A stretch of 64,000 nucleotides of DNA, from NCBI GenBank assembly GCA_965215005.1, contig CBDCCZ010000049.1, forward strand, positions 96,001 to 160,000, given 5' to 3'. How positions within the stretch are numbered: the stretch's first letter is position 1; the number at the start of each line of letters is the position of its first letter. The notes below the pieces were generated by a model. That model saw only the letters and a program-made list of their open reading frames with translations, searched no databases and was not told the DNA's origin. Positions 19,631-30,248 of this stretch are shown here, one piece after another. The DNA comes from Kofleriaceae bacterium. Lineage in GTDB: Bacteria > Myxococcota_A > Polyangia > Haliangiales > Haliangiaceae. Made by a program: the position numbers and the translations under genes.

Positions 19631-20994
19631 AACGACTCCAAGAACTCGATAAGCGTGGCGCGTTCTTCGGCGGAAGCCAGACGGAACGCCTCGCGCGCGG
19701 CCTCTGCTTCGCCTCCATGCCAGAGAATGGCTTCGGCCAGGCCCCGCGCACGACCATCGTGCAGCAGAAACAGGTGCTCATTAACGGCCTGCTGCAGCCC
19801 CAATCCCCACAGCGGCGGCGTTCGCCATTCGCTACCGGTGGCCAGGTGGTCGGCGCGACCATCTGCCAACGCGGGTCCCATATCGTGCAGTAGCAGGTCC
19901 GTGTAGGGATGAATCGTCTGCTCCGCCAGCTCGGGAAGCGCAGCATACGCGCCGGTGCGCAAGGTGGCGATATGGCAGTCGGCACAACCAATGTCCTGGA
20001 ACATCGCCTTGCCGGCGAGCACCTCTGGCCGCTCCCACTCGCGCCGTGCCGGCACCGCCAGCGCCAGTGAGTAGAACGTAACATCGTCGAGAATGGCAGT
20101 CTGCAGCTCGGGCTCGCCGCCGCTCGCCGCCGCAGCACACGCCACTTGCGCCGCGGTGCACGACTCACTCGGCAACAGCGCCGAGGTCAGGCCGATATCG
20201 CCGAGAAACGCACCGGCGCTCTGCTGCCGAACCGTCGGCTGGTTTGCCTTCCAGCCAAAGCGACCTACGGCGAGCTTACCGGTCTCGAGCAATGGAACTT
20301 CGTTGACTCGACCGGAGATTCCGTCGCCGTCTGAATCCATGGGATCAGCCAGCTCGCGGAGGGTGGCCTCGGGAACCGCCTCCAAGAGCCCCAAACCGAT
20401 CATCGCTGGCGCGACCCGCGGCGACACGAGAACCTCTGGCGACATCGGCCCAAATCCCAGCTCCACGAACGAATACTGCGGCTGACGCAAAGCATAGGCG
20501 CTGCCATCGCCGTAGCTGCCGGCGCGCTCGCTATAGGTCACCAAGGCCTTGCCCTCGGCTGGCACCCCCGGAATCGACAACGGCTGAAACTGGTCGCCGT
20601 ACGTTGGCTCCGGGCCTCCGTCGGGCATGCCCAGGCGCAAAAGCAGCGAGCCTAGCGGCTCATCGGCCTGCACGGGCGGACGCCCGCGACCATCGCGCAC
20701 GTGGCAGCCTTCGCACGAGCGCGCGTTGAAAACGGGCCCGAGCCCATCGCGAGAGTCGGTTGACGACGGAGCAGCGACCCAGTCGTCGCGGAACAAGGCG
20801 CGCCCGCGGAAGAACGCGCGCTCGTCATCACGCGCCAGCATCGGCAGCGGGTGGCCGAACGCCGCGCGCGTTGCGTCGAAGACCGTGCCAGCACCCCCGG
20901 AACGCTCCTCGTCGGGCTCGGCGACGAGCGGCGAGATCGTGCAACCGGCAACCGCAAGTGTCCAAAGCAGCGACCAAGGGATCTTGGTTGTCAT
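19627..20994 (-). CDS. Di-haem oxidoreductase family lipoprotein (DUF1111-like)
   Basis: Two CxxCH motifs (CEGCH, CADCH), GLGPVFNARSC, GRFGWKA, YTDLLLHDMG and EWRTPPLWG..LHDGRAR. Confidence 0.92.
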   Translation of the reverse strand: MTTKIPWSLLWTLAVAGCTISPLVAEPDEERSGGAGTVFDATRAAFGHPLPMLARDDERAFFRGRALFRDDWVAAPSSTDSRDGLGPVFNARSCEGCHVRDGRGRPPVQADEPLGSLLLRLGMPDGGPEPTYGDQFQPLSIPGVPAEGKALVTYSERAGSYGDGSAYALRQPQYSFVELGFGPMSPEVLVSPRVAPAMIGLGLLEAVPEATLRELADPMDSDGDGISGRVNEVPLLETGKLAVGRFGWKANQPTVRQQSAGAFLGDIGLTSALLPSESCTAAQVACAAAASGGEPELQTAILDDVTFYSLALAVPARREWERPEVLAGKAMFQDIGCADCHIATLRTGAYAALPELAEQTIHPYTDLLLHDMGPALADGRADHLATGSEWRTPPLWGLGLQQAVNEHLFLLHDGRARGLAEAILWHGGEAEAAREAFRLASAEERATLIEFLESL

Positions 20995-20997
20995 GAC

Positions 20998-22200
<1,203 letters not shown>

Positions 22201-22260
22201 TCAAACTCTCCTTGAACGGTTGCAGCAGCAGCAGATGCCGCGCTGCCTACGCTACATGAG

Positions 22261-22280
22261 TTTGAAAATAGATTTCAATA
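22261..22280. promoter_or_regulatory. Fur-box-like palindrome
   Basis: AT-rich TTGAAA-N5-TTTCAA (7-1-7 TGAAAAT-A-GATTTCA), about 60 nt upstream of the imelysin operon. Confidence 0.65.
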
Positions 22281-22361
22281 TCGATTCCGTCGCTTCGCGC
22301 CGCTGCCCGCGCAGCGGTTCGGGCAGGAGCGCCCGTGGCTGCGCCACTCTGGACGAGTCTC

Positions 22362-23980
22362 CTAGACCGAACGCATGCCGGGCGCTTCCCGACCGGTGGA
22401 GGCCACGTATTCTTCATAACCGCCGGGATAGGCGTGGGGACCGCCGGAGCCGAGCTCGAGCACATGCGTGGCCAACGCGCGCAGAAACTGCCGATCGTGG
22501 GAGACGAACACCAGCGTTCCCTCGTAGGCCGCGAGCGCACGCACGAGCGAGCGCTTGGTGGCGATGTCGAGGTGATTGGTAGGCTCATCGAGGATCAGTA
22601 AGTTGGGCGCGTCGTAGAGGAGCTTGGCTAGCGCAACCCGCGCCTTCTCGCCGCCGGAGAGGATGCGAATCGGCTTGAAGACGTCATCGTCGTGGAAGCC
22701 GAAGGCGCCGGCCAAGTTGCGCAGGGTCCCCTGCCCTGCCCGCGGTGCATGGGCAGCCAGCTCTTCGAGCACGTCTCGCGCGCCATCGAGCCCATCCATC
22801 AAGTGTTGCGCGTAGTAGCCCATGGTCACCGCCGCGCCAATTTCTGCGCGGCCTTCGTCGGGCGCTAGCACCCCCGCCATCATCTTGAGCAGCGTGGATT
22901 TGCCGGCGCCATTCTCGCCCATGACCGCCCAGCGCTCGCGGCGCCGCACCACCAAGCTGAGGTCGTCGTGGACCACCCGTTCACCGTACTTCTTACGCAG
23001 GTGCTCGACCTTGAGGACATCATCGCCCGAGCGCGGCGGCGCGCGGAACTCGAAATCCTGCTCGACGAGACGTCGCGGCGCCGCCACCTTGTCGATCTTG
23101 TCGAGCTTCTTGACCCGACTCTGCACCTGCGCCGCCTTTGCCGCATGCGCCTTGAACCGCTCGATGAATCGGCTCTCTTTGGCCAGCATCGCCTGCTGGC
23201 GCGCATACGCGGCCTCTCTACGGGCCGCTTCGAGAGCGCGTGCCTGCTCATAGAAGTCATAGTTGCCCGCGTAGCTGCGGACCTCGCCGCCATCGATCTC
23301 GACGATTTTTTCGGCAACCCGATTCATGATTGCGCGGTCGTGACAGGTCATGACGACCGCACCGGAGTAGTCGCGAAGAAACTGCTCGAGCCACAAGATC
23401 GACTCGAGATCGAGGTAGTTGGTGGGCTCGTCGAGGAGGAGAATCTCGGGGCGCGATAAGAGGATTTGCGCCAACGCCACACGCATCTTCCAGCCCCCCG
23501 AGAGGGTCGCAACGTCATCCTCGAAGCGTTCTTGATCAAAGCCAAGGCCGGCAAGAATGGCCTCTGCGCGCGCCTCTAACTCGTAGCCTCCCAAGGCCTG
23601 AAAGCGCGCTTGAATTTCGCCGTAGCGCTCGACCAGCACCTCGAGATCCTCAGGCGCTTGCGCCATGCGCGCTTCGAGCTCTGCCATTTCGCCACCGAGC
23701 TCGGCGGTGAGCCCGGCGCCAGCGACGGTTTCCGCGCGAATGCTGCGCCCCCCGAGCTCGCCGACCTCTTGCCGGAAGAAGCCGACGCTGAGGCTCTTGG
23801 GCTGCTCGATAGCGCCTTCGTCAACCTGATCTTCGCCGACGATGAGGCGGAAGATGGTGCTCTTTCCGGCGCCGTTGGACCTACCAGACCGATCTTCTCG
23901 CCCGAGTTGATCTGAAAGGAGGCATCGACGAACAGGAGCTGACCGCCGTACTGCTTGGTCACTGAGGTAAAGGAAATCAT
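22362..23980 (-). CDS. ABC-F family ATPase (one apparent frameshift near 23878)
   Basis: Two ABC cassettes (LSGGWKMR/LDEPTN and GENGAGKS/LSGGEK) and no TM. The first Walker A (GPNGAGKS) is restored by adding one base at about 23878. Confidence 0.88.
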
Positions 23981-24057
23981 GCGCTCACCGAGCTCGGCAC
24001 TCTAGCAGGCACCGCCTGCGAGAGCGAAACGTCGCGGCGGCGTGGTAGCAGGAGACG

Positions 24058-25905
24058 ATGGAGTATGTTGCGGCGGACGAAACGGCACGAGACGTACTGC
24101 GGCAGGTCTTTGGCTATGACGCATTTCGCGCCGGCCAGGACGAAGCGACCTCTGCGCTGCTAGCGGGCCGCGACGTGCGTGTGCTGCTTCCCACCGGCGC
24201 GGGAAAGTCGCTCTGTTATCAAGTTCCGGCGCTGGTGGCCAATCGCGCTGGCCGCGGCACCACGGTGGTGGTGTCGCCGCTCATCGCCCTCATGGATGAC
24301 CAGGTCAGCGCGTTGCGCGGCCGCGACATCCGCGCGGCGGCGCTGCACAGTGCCCAAGATGAGCTCGAGCAGATGCAGGCGCTGGCCCAGCTTCGACGCG
24401 GCGATTTGGCGCTGGTCTACGTCTCCCCCGAGCGGGCGCTGTTGCCGAGCTTTCGCAAGCTCCTAGGCACCGTTGCCGTCGCGCACATCGCCATCGATGA
24501 AGCGCACTGCGTGAGCCAATGGGGGCACGACTTTCGCCCCGAGTACTTGCGGCTCGGCGAGCTTCGGGAGGTCGTCCGCGCCCCGATGATCGCGCTTACC
24601 GCCACCGCGACGCCGGCGGTGATGACTGAGATCAGCGATCGACTCGAGCTGCGTGACCCGGTCACCGTGCGCGGCGACTTTCGCCGGCCCAACCTGCGCT
24701 TCGCAGTGAAGCACGAGCGCGCCGACGCCGCACGACTGGCGCACACGATTGCGGCGCTCGAAGACGCCGGATTTCGCGCGGCCAAGCCGAGCGGACGCGC
24801 CATCATCTATTGCAGCACGCGCAAGAAGACCGAATCGGTGGCTAAAGGGCTCAAGAGCGCGGGCTTGGCCGCCGGCTACTATCACGCCGGCCGCACGCAG
24901 CTGGCGCGACAGCGTGCACAGCGCGCGTTCGAGGTGGGCCGCACGCGGATCCTCGTTGCCACCAATGCCTTCGGCATGGGCATCGATCAGCCCGACGTGC
25001 GCGTGTTGGTGCACTTTGGGGCGCCGGGCAGCCTGGCTGCGTACTACCAAGAAGCCGGTCGCGCCGGCCGTGATGGGCTGCCGGCGCAGTGCCTGCTGTT
25101 CTTCGGGCCGGGCGACATGGCCACCCAACGGCGCCTGCAAAGCGGCTCGAGCCTGGCCGCGGAGCAACGCGGAGCCGAGGCGTTGGCCGCGGTCGAAGCC
25201 TACGCAGCCACAGTGACTTGCCGGCAAGCGATGCTGTGCAGCTACTTTAACGATGCCGACGATGGCTTCCGCTGCGGCTCGTGCGACGTCTGCACCGATA
25301 GCGACGAGGTCCGCGAGGCGCTGCCGCTTCGGCACGAGGCCGCGCCGGTCGAGCCGTTGCCGCCAGAAGCGCGCCAATGCATCGTCGCCGCGGCCGGCAA
25401 CCTGCGCAAACCGGTGGGCAAGACCAACTTAGCGCGGGCCCTGCGCGGCTCGCGCGCCAAAGCGTTGAAGCGGGTTGCGCTGCTCGAGTTGCCCGAGCAC
25501 GGCGCGCTCCGCGGGCACGATGAGCGCGCCATCGTCGCGGCGATCGAAGCACTCCTGGAAGAAGGCGTGCTCGAGCCGCGCGGAAAAAAGTATCCCACGG
25601 TGTGGCTCGCCGGCCGCGCGGTGCGAGCGCCCCGTGAAGTGACGAGCGAAACCAGACGGCGAGCGCCAAAGCCGCGCCACAGCGATTTGGCCCGGGCGCT
25701 GGATACCTACCGCCGACGCACCGCGCGCAGCTTGTCCTGGAAGCCGTACATGGTGTTTCAGCGGCGCGTCATCTTGGGCATCGATCGACAGCGGCCCACC
25801 ACGATGAGAGAGCTCGAGCGCATCATCGGCTTGGGCCCGATCAAAATCGACCGCTTCGGGGCCGATATCCTTGAGCTGGTGCGCCGCCACCAGGAGCGAT
25901 CGTAG
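24058..25905 (+). CDS. recQ: RecQ family ATP-dependent DNA helicase
   Basis: PTGAGKSLCYQ, DEAHCVSQWGHDFRPEY, ATNAFGMGID, QEAGRAGRDG, RQC Zn cysteines and an HRDC-like tail. Confidence 0.93.
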   Translation: MEYVAADETARDVLRQVFGYDAFRAGQDEATSALLAGRDVRVLLPTGAGKSLCYQVPALVANRAGRGTTVVVSPLIALMDDQVSALRGRDIRAAALHSAQDELEQMQALAQLRRGDLALVYVSPERALLPSFRKLLGTVAVAHIAIDEAHCVSQWGHDFRPEYLRLGELREVVRAPMIALTATATPAVMTEISDRLELRDPVTVRGDFRRPNLRFAVKHERADAARLAHTIAALEDAGFRAAKPSGRAIIYCSTRKKTESVAKGLKSAGLAAGYYHAGRTQLARQRAQRAFEVGRTRILVATNAFGMGIDQPDVRVLVHFGAPGSLAAYYQEAGRAGRDGLPAQCLLFFGPGDMATQRRLQSGSSLAAEQRGAEALAAVEAYAATVTCRQAMLCSYFNDADDGFRCGSCDVCTDSDEVREALPLRHEAAPVEPLPPEARQCIVAAAGNLRKPVGKTNLARALRGSRAKALKRVALLELPEHGALRGHDERAIVAAIEALLEEGVLEPRGKKYPTVWLAGRAVRAPREVTSETRRRAPKPRHSDLARALDTYRRRTARSLSWKPYMVFQRRVILGIDRQRPTTMRELERIIGLGPIKIDRFGADILELVRRHQERS

Positions 25906-25934
25906 AAACGCGCGCCGCCTCTGCCGAGGCTCGG

Positions 25935-27056
25935 GTGGCGACGTATCATCCGCAGGTGGAAACCACTCTTGCCAGCGCCATCGACCTTCGCCGCCTCGCC
26001 GAGCTCCAGGGCCCCGAGCGCGCGTTCGTGTCGTACTACTTTTCCGGCACCGATAGCCTCGGAACCCTGCGGCAGCGGGAGGCCAACGTGCGGCAGCTAC
26101 TTGCCGAGTCGCCCGCCGAGCTCGAGCATTTCGAGCGCTCGATCGAGCTCATTCACGCCTGGCTGGAAACAGCGAGCCCGAAGGGCTCCGGCTGCGTTCT
26201 GGCCTGCTGGGCCCTCGACTTTTGCGAGGGCTATCAACTCACCCTGCCGCTGCCAGACTATCTCTACGCCGGCGACGCGCCTTACATTCGCCCGCTCGCC
26301 CTCCTGCAGGACGAGTACGAGTCGTTTGCGCTGGTGGTGGCCGACAACACCGACACCCGCATCTACTTAGTTACGTCTGGAGACGCCGAGCGAATCGCCC
26401 GCGTCAAAGGCGACATCAAGAATCACGTCAAGAAAGGCGGCTGGTCGCAAAAGCGCTATCAGAAGCGCCGCGCCAACCAGCTGATGCACTACGCCAAGGA
26501 CGTGGGCGCGGCCTTGGCCGCGCTCGCCGAAACCGAGACGTTCGATCGCATCGTCTTCGTCGGCTCCATGGAGGCCATCAACGAAATCGAGCGCGAGCTG
26601 CCGGCCGCTGTCGCCGACAAATCCATGCGCAAGAAGGGCATCGATCTGCACGAAGGCGACGATCACACCCTTGCCGAGGCCTTCGAGCTGTTCATCGAGC
26701 AAGAACGCGCCGCTGAAAAAGCGCTGTGGGGACGCATTCGCGAGGAATTTCTCAGTGGCGGTCTCGCCGCCGTTGGCGCGACCAATGTGCTCAAGTCCGC
26801 TCTCACCGGCCGCGTGGAAGCCATCGCGGTCACGCAAGGCGCCGTCATTCGCGGGGTCAAGTGTCGGGACTGCGAGAACATCGTCCATGGAACCCCGCAA
26901 ACCTGCCAGATCTGCGGCTCCCGCTCGGTGTTTCGACTCGACCTGATCGATGAGCTTGCCCGCCTCGCCGAGCTCACCAGCGCTTCGATCGACTTCGTCG
27001 AGCCCATCGACGGGCTCAGCCAAGCAGGCGACGTTGCGGCGTTGCTCCGTTACTGA
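25935..27056 (+). CDS. Bacterial archaeo-eukaryotic release factor (baeRF10/VLRF1-like) peptidyl-tRNA hydrolase family
   Basis: KNHVKKGGWSQKRYQ loop, Zn ribbon CRDC..CQICG, and eRF1-like C-terminus GDVAALLRY. Confidence 0.85.
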   Translation: MATYHPQVETTLASAIDLRRLAELQGPERAFVSYYFSGTDSLGTLRQREANVRQLLAESPAELEHFERSIELIHAWLETASPKGSGCVLACWALDFCEGYQLTLPLPDYLYAGDAPYIRPLALLQDEYESFALVVADNTDTRIYLVTSGDAERIARVKGDIKNHVKKGGWSQKRYQKRRANQLMHYAKDVGAALAALAETETFDRIVFVGSMEAINEIERELPAAVADKSMRKKGIDLHEGDDHTLAEAFELFIEQERAAEKALWGRIREEFLSGGLAAVGATNVLKSALTGRVEAIAVTQGAVIRGVKCRDCENIVHGTPQTCQICGSRSVFRLDLIDELARLAELTSASIDFVEPIDGLSQAGDVAALLRY

Positions 27057-27094
27057 TCGCGCCCTCTCGTGCGTTCAGAGGGCCCGAAACGGCC

Positions 27095-27130
27095 AAAGGC
27101 CGCTCGCGTTCCCCTTCGCGAGCGGCCTCT
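27095..27130 (-). terminator. Terminator-like hairpin between convergent genes
   Basis: 12-bp perfect stem aggccgctcgcg (27097-27108) / cgcgagcggcct (27117-27128), with a short T run on the minus strand. Confidence 0.65.
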
Positions 27131-27151
27131 GGGAGAAAGACGGAAAGGTAG

Positions 27152-28309
27152 CTACTGCGGCTCGTTCCAGCTGGCGGTCAAGGTGTAGCTGGCGGCGGTG
27201 TAGCCGTACACCATGATGTGGGCCTGGGTGGCGTTGGCGGGCGCATCGAGCGAGCAGAGCTCGTTAGAGCCGTTCAGGTACGGCCGGCAGTCGAAGCGAG
27301 TCAGGGTCGGCTGTGAGTCGAAGCGGACGTAAAGATCGGCGTCGCCGCTGCCGCTGATGTTGGCTTCGAACCGGGTGCCACCGGCAATGGTGAGGGGCTG
27401 GTAGCGCCTGGCCTGGCCGCGGGCCACGGTGCCGTCCACGGTACCGCTGCGCGGGGTCACGACGCCGCCACCGTCATCACCGCCACCGCCACCGTCATCA
27501 CCGCCGCCGCCGCCGGGCGAGCCGTACAGCGAAGAGGCGCCTTGGGCGTCGAGGGAGGAGATGGTTAGCGACTGCGTGGTGCCGCCGCACTGCGGGTAGT
27601 GCATGACCGAGGTGCTGTCGTAGGGCGTGAGCGGACGCCAGTTGTTGTCCTCAAAGCACTGCGCCGCTTCAGGACGCGTGTGCTCATGGCGGAAGCCCAG
27701 CACGTGGCCAAGCTCATGAGCGATGATGCCGCTCAGGGGCCAAGAGGTGCTGAACGCGCTGGTATCTACGATGACGTTGCGTGAGCCGCGGCCTTGCCCA
27801 GGGAAGAATGCGCGAGCCAGATAGCCCGCTCCGCTGGTGGGGCGGATGTCGAACAGGACGTTGTTGTTGCTCGCCGTGCAGTTGGCGTCCTGCGAAGAGT
27901 CGTAGACGAAGTCGACGTCTGCGATCTGCTCCCAGCCACCTTCCGTGGCCACTTCCATGGCCTGGACGAGAGCCGCTTTGCGGCTGCCAAACGAGTTACT
28001 GACGCAGTAGGTGAGGTTGCGCTTTTGGGTGCTGTTCCACTTGGCGTCTTGGCCACCGGAGGTGTGCACGATGAGCGCACCATCGGGGGCGTAGAGCTCG
28101 TTGTAGAACTCTTCGAGCTGCTTGACGTTGATGGCGATGTCACCGTTGACGATGTACATGCCGCCTTCCCAGGGCTCGAGATAGCTGGCTGCTTTGAACT
28201 CTTCGAACGTGGGTACGTCACCGTCGACATTGCTATCGACGTTGTCTACCTCGCCGACGCAGCCGGCGAAGGCAATGGCACTCGCAAAAATCCAGGCACG
28301 TTGCTTCAC
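27152..28309 (-). CDS. M57/matrixin-like zinc metalloprotease lipoprotein with C-terminal PPC domain
   Basis: GTG 28309 with RBS gggaggg and lipobox FAGC. HELGHVLGFRHEH, Met-turn SVMHY, Gly/Asp linker, and GDADLYVRF..CRPY PPC domain. Confidence 0.88.
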   Translation of the reverse strand: MKQRAWIFASAIAFAGCVGEVDNVDSNVDGDVPTFEEFKAASYLEPWEGGMYIVNGDIAINVKQLEEFYNELYAPDGALIVHTSGGQDAKWNSTQKRNLTYCVSNSFGSRKAALVQAMEVATEGGWEQIADVDFVYDSSQDANCTASNNNVLFDIRPTSGAGYLARAFFPGQGRGSRNVIVDTSAFSTSWPLSGIIAHELGHVLGFRHEHTRPEAAQCFEDNNWRPLTPYDSTSVMHYPQCGGTTQSLTISSLDAQGASSLYGSPGGGGGDDGGGGGDDGGGVVTPRSGTVDGTVARGQARRYQPLTIAGGTRFEANISGSGDADLYVRFDSQPTLTRFDCRPYLNGSNELCSLDAPANATQAHIMVYGYTAASYTLTASWNEPQ

Positions 28310-28345
28310 AGATATCCCTCCCATCGGGTTGTGAGCGAGTCCTTT

Positions 28346-28361
28346 TACAGGACTGATGCCA
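28346..28361 (-). promoter_or_regulatory. Degenerate sigma54-like promoter
   Basis: TGGCATC-AGTC-CTGTA on the minus strand, 36 nt upstream of the start. The -12 dinucleotide is GT rather than GC. Confidence 0.3.
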
Positions 28362-28939
28362 GGCTGGCCGCGCGCTCGTCTGCGAGACGTCACTAACAGG
28401 TCACCGCGGCGCGACGACAGCTCGGCGGAGAGGCCGTGGAGCAACAAAGTTCAGGACTGGCGCGGCTTCCGGAGCTGGTCGGCGGGCACTCCCCCCCACC
28501 GCAGCTCACGCGCACCCTCAATGTATTCTGTGAGGAGACAAGAAACTTTACTTGCAATACAGCTAACAGAGAACATTGCCACCGATGCTCTCGGTTAGCA
28601 GCGGCAGGTGGGTTTACTGTCCCTTTCTGCCCCATTTACGGTGCAATCGTTCGTTTGCAGCCAAACTGATATTTTTAGATGTAGTTGCCGACACCAAACA
28701 GATGCCGCCATATATCGAAATCGTGTCGAAGAGCGCTATTTTTTTCGTCGATGATAATGACATGACGCACCTCCAGCCGACGGCGGAATTCTCCTGCAGC
28801 CGGACTAAGACGCAGCGACTGCGGAGGTCCGACCCGCGCACCGGAACGGATTCGGAAACCGCCCCCTAGCTCCGTTCGCGCATACATCGCGCGAGCCATG
28901 GATCATTTGGGCGTGACGACAAGTCCGTCGCGCACCCGC

Positions 28940-29035
28940 GATTCGCCGCCCTCGGTCCTGATTCGCCGCCCTCGGTCCTTAGCACGACGCGCCGACGAGC
29001 ACCCGCGGCGCTCGTTGAGCACCCGCGGCGCTCGT
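28940..29035. repeat. Two adjacent tandem duplications, each with a 20-bp period
   Basis: gattcgccgccctcggtcct x2 (28940-28979) and gagcacccgcggcgctcgt x2 (28997-29015, 29017-29035). Confidence 0.8.
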
Positions 29036-29065
29036 CGTCGTACTTACTCACCTGCAGCAGGGCCG

Positions 29066-30067
29066 CTAGCGCCAGAGGCGCCAGGCCCGAGTCGCTGCGA
29101 GGATCCCCAACAGCAGCAAGCCTAGCTGCAGCGGATGGGTGCTCGCGCGCGTGTACGCGCTGTGCCGAAGCACGACCGGCGCGCGCCCGCCTTCCTCGAA
29201 ACCGTCGTCGCTAAATTCATCGAGGCTGTCATGGCGGCGGCGCGGCGCGATGGCCTCGCCTTGCTGAGCCTGGAACATCGTCCGCTCGAGGATTTTGTCC
29301 ATCAAGCGCGGAATCAAGCGTCCGCCAAGGGAGAGAGCTTTCGCCGCGCCGCCTACGAACACGTGGCGCGTAGGGCGCAGCGCGCAGTGCAACACCGCAT
29401 CGGCGACTACCGAGGGCGCATAGTGCGGAGGCGGATTGCGGGGCGCAAAGCCGGTATAGCTGCGCGCATGCTCGGTATAGAGCGTGGCGACTGCGGCGGG
29501 CTTGATCAGGCTCACGCTGATGGGAACTCTATCGTGCTCGAGCTCCATGCGAAGTGCGTCGGTGTAGCCCTGCACGGCATGTTTCGAGGCGCTGTACATT
29601 CCCTGGAGCGGAACGGCAAGATCGGAGAGCGTGCTCCCGATATTGATCAGCGCGCCGCCGCTGTGTCGCATGTGGGCGATGGCGACCTCACTTCCGTGCA
29701 CCACTCCCCAGAAGTTGGTCTCGAAGAGCCGGCGATGATCTTCGTGGGGTACTTGCGTCAATCGGCCATAAATCGAGACCCCGGCGTTGTTCACCCAGGT
29801 ATCGATGCGGCCAAACGATTCCACCGCGATCCGACCGAGCCGCTCCACGTCTTCGAACTGACCAACATCCGCCGTGACGCCTACAGCGCGCGCTCCTCGG
29901 CGCGTCAAGTCGTCACAGATGCGCGTTATCGCCTCGCCGTTGCGCGCACTCAGAACCACGCAGGCACCAGCATCCGCGGCCTTGCGCGCCGTCGATAAGC
30001 CGATGCCGCTAGAGGCGCCGGTGACGACGACGACCTGCCGATGCAGCGGTTTCAAACGGAGCTTCAT
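29066..30067 (-). CDS. SDR family oxidoreductase
   Basis: TGASSGIG, WVNNAG and YSASK. RBS ggaagga before ATG 30067. Confidence 0.92.
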   Translation of the reverse strand: MKLRLKPLHRQVVVVTGASSGIGLSTARKAADAGACVVLSARNGEAITRICDDLTRRGARAVGVTADVGQFEDVERLGRIAVESFGRIDTWVNNAGVSIYGRLTQVPHEDHRRLFETNFWGVVHGSEVAIAHMRHSGGALINIGSTLSDLAVPLQGMYSASKHAVQGYTDALRMELEHDRVPISVSLIKPAAVATLYTEHARSYTGFAPRNPPPHYAPSVVADAVLHCALRPTRHVFVGGAAKALSLGGRLIPRLMDKILERTMFQAQQGEAIAPRRRHDSLDEFSDDGFEEGGRAPVVLRHSAYTRASTHPLQLGLLLLGILAATRAWRLWR

Positions 30068-30109
30068 GGTGGGTCCTTCCTGGTGGCGGGGGTTCGTGCG
30101 CCATGATGG

Positions 30110-30125
30110 TGCACCCGACATGCCA
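30110..30125 (-). promoter_or_regulatory. Sigma54-like -24/-12 promoter
   Basis: TGGCATG-TCGG-GTGCA (GG-N10-GC), 42 nt upstream of the SDR start. Confidence 0.5.
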
Positions 30126-30248
30126 GGGACCGCACAAGTTGAGGTAGATAGAACGAGACCCAGAGCGCCCCCGCACCGCCTTTGCAGCGATGCGAGCGCG
30201 TCTGGGTCGTGGGGCAGGCGGGTCAAACACCCGCTCGTGGGAGACAGC

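Noticed and set aside
23870..23885. Programmed frameshift in the ABC-F gene
   Set aside because: No slippery sequence is present. A single missing base in the Walker A codons fits sequencing error better.
28940..29035. CRISPR array
   Set aside because: The units are directly adjacent with no spacers, there are only two copies of each, and no cas genes are present.
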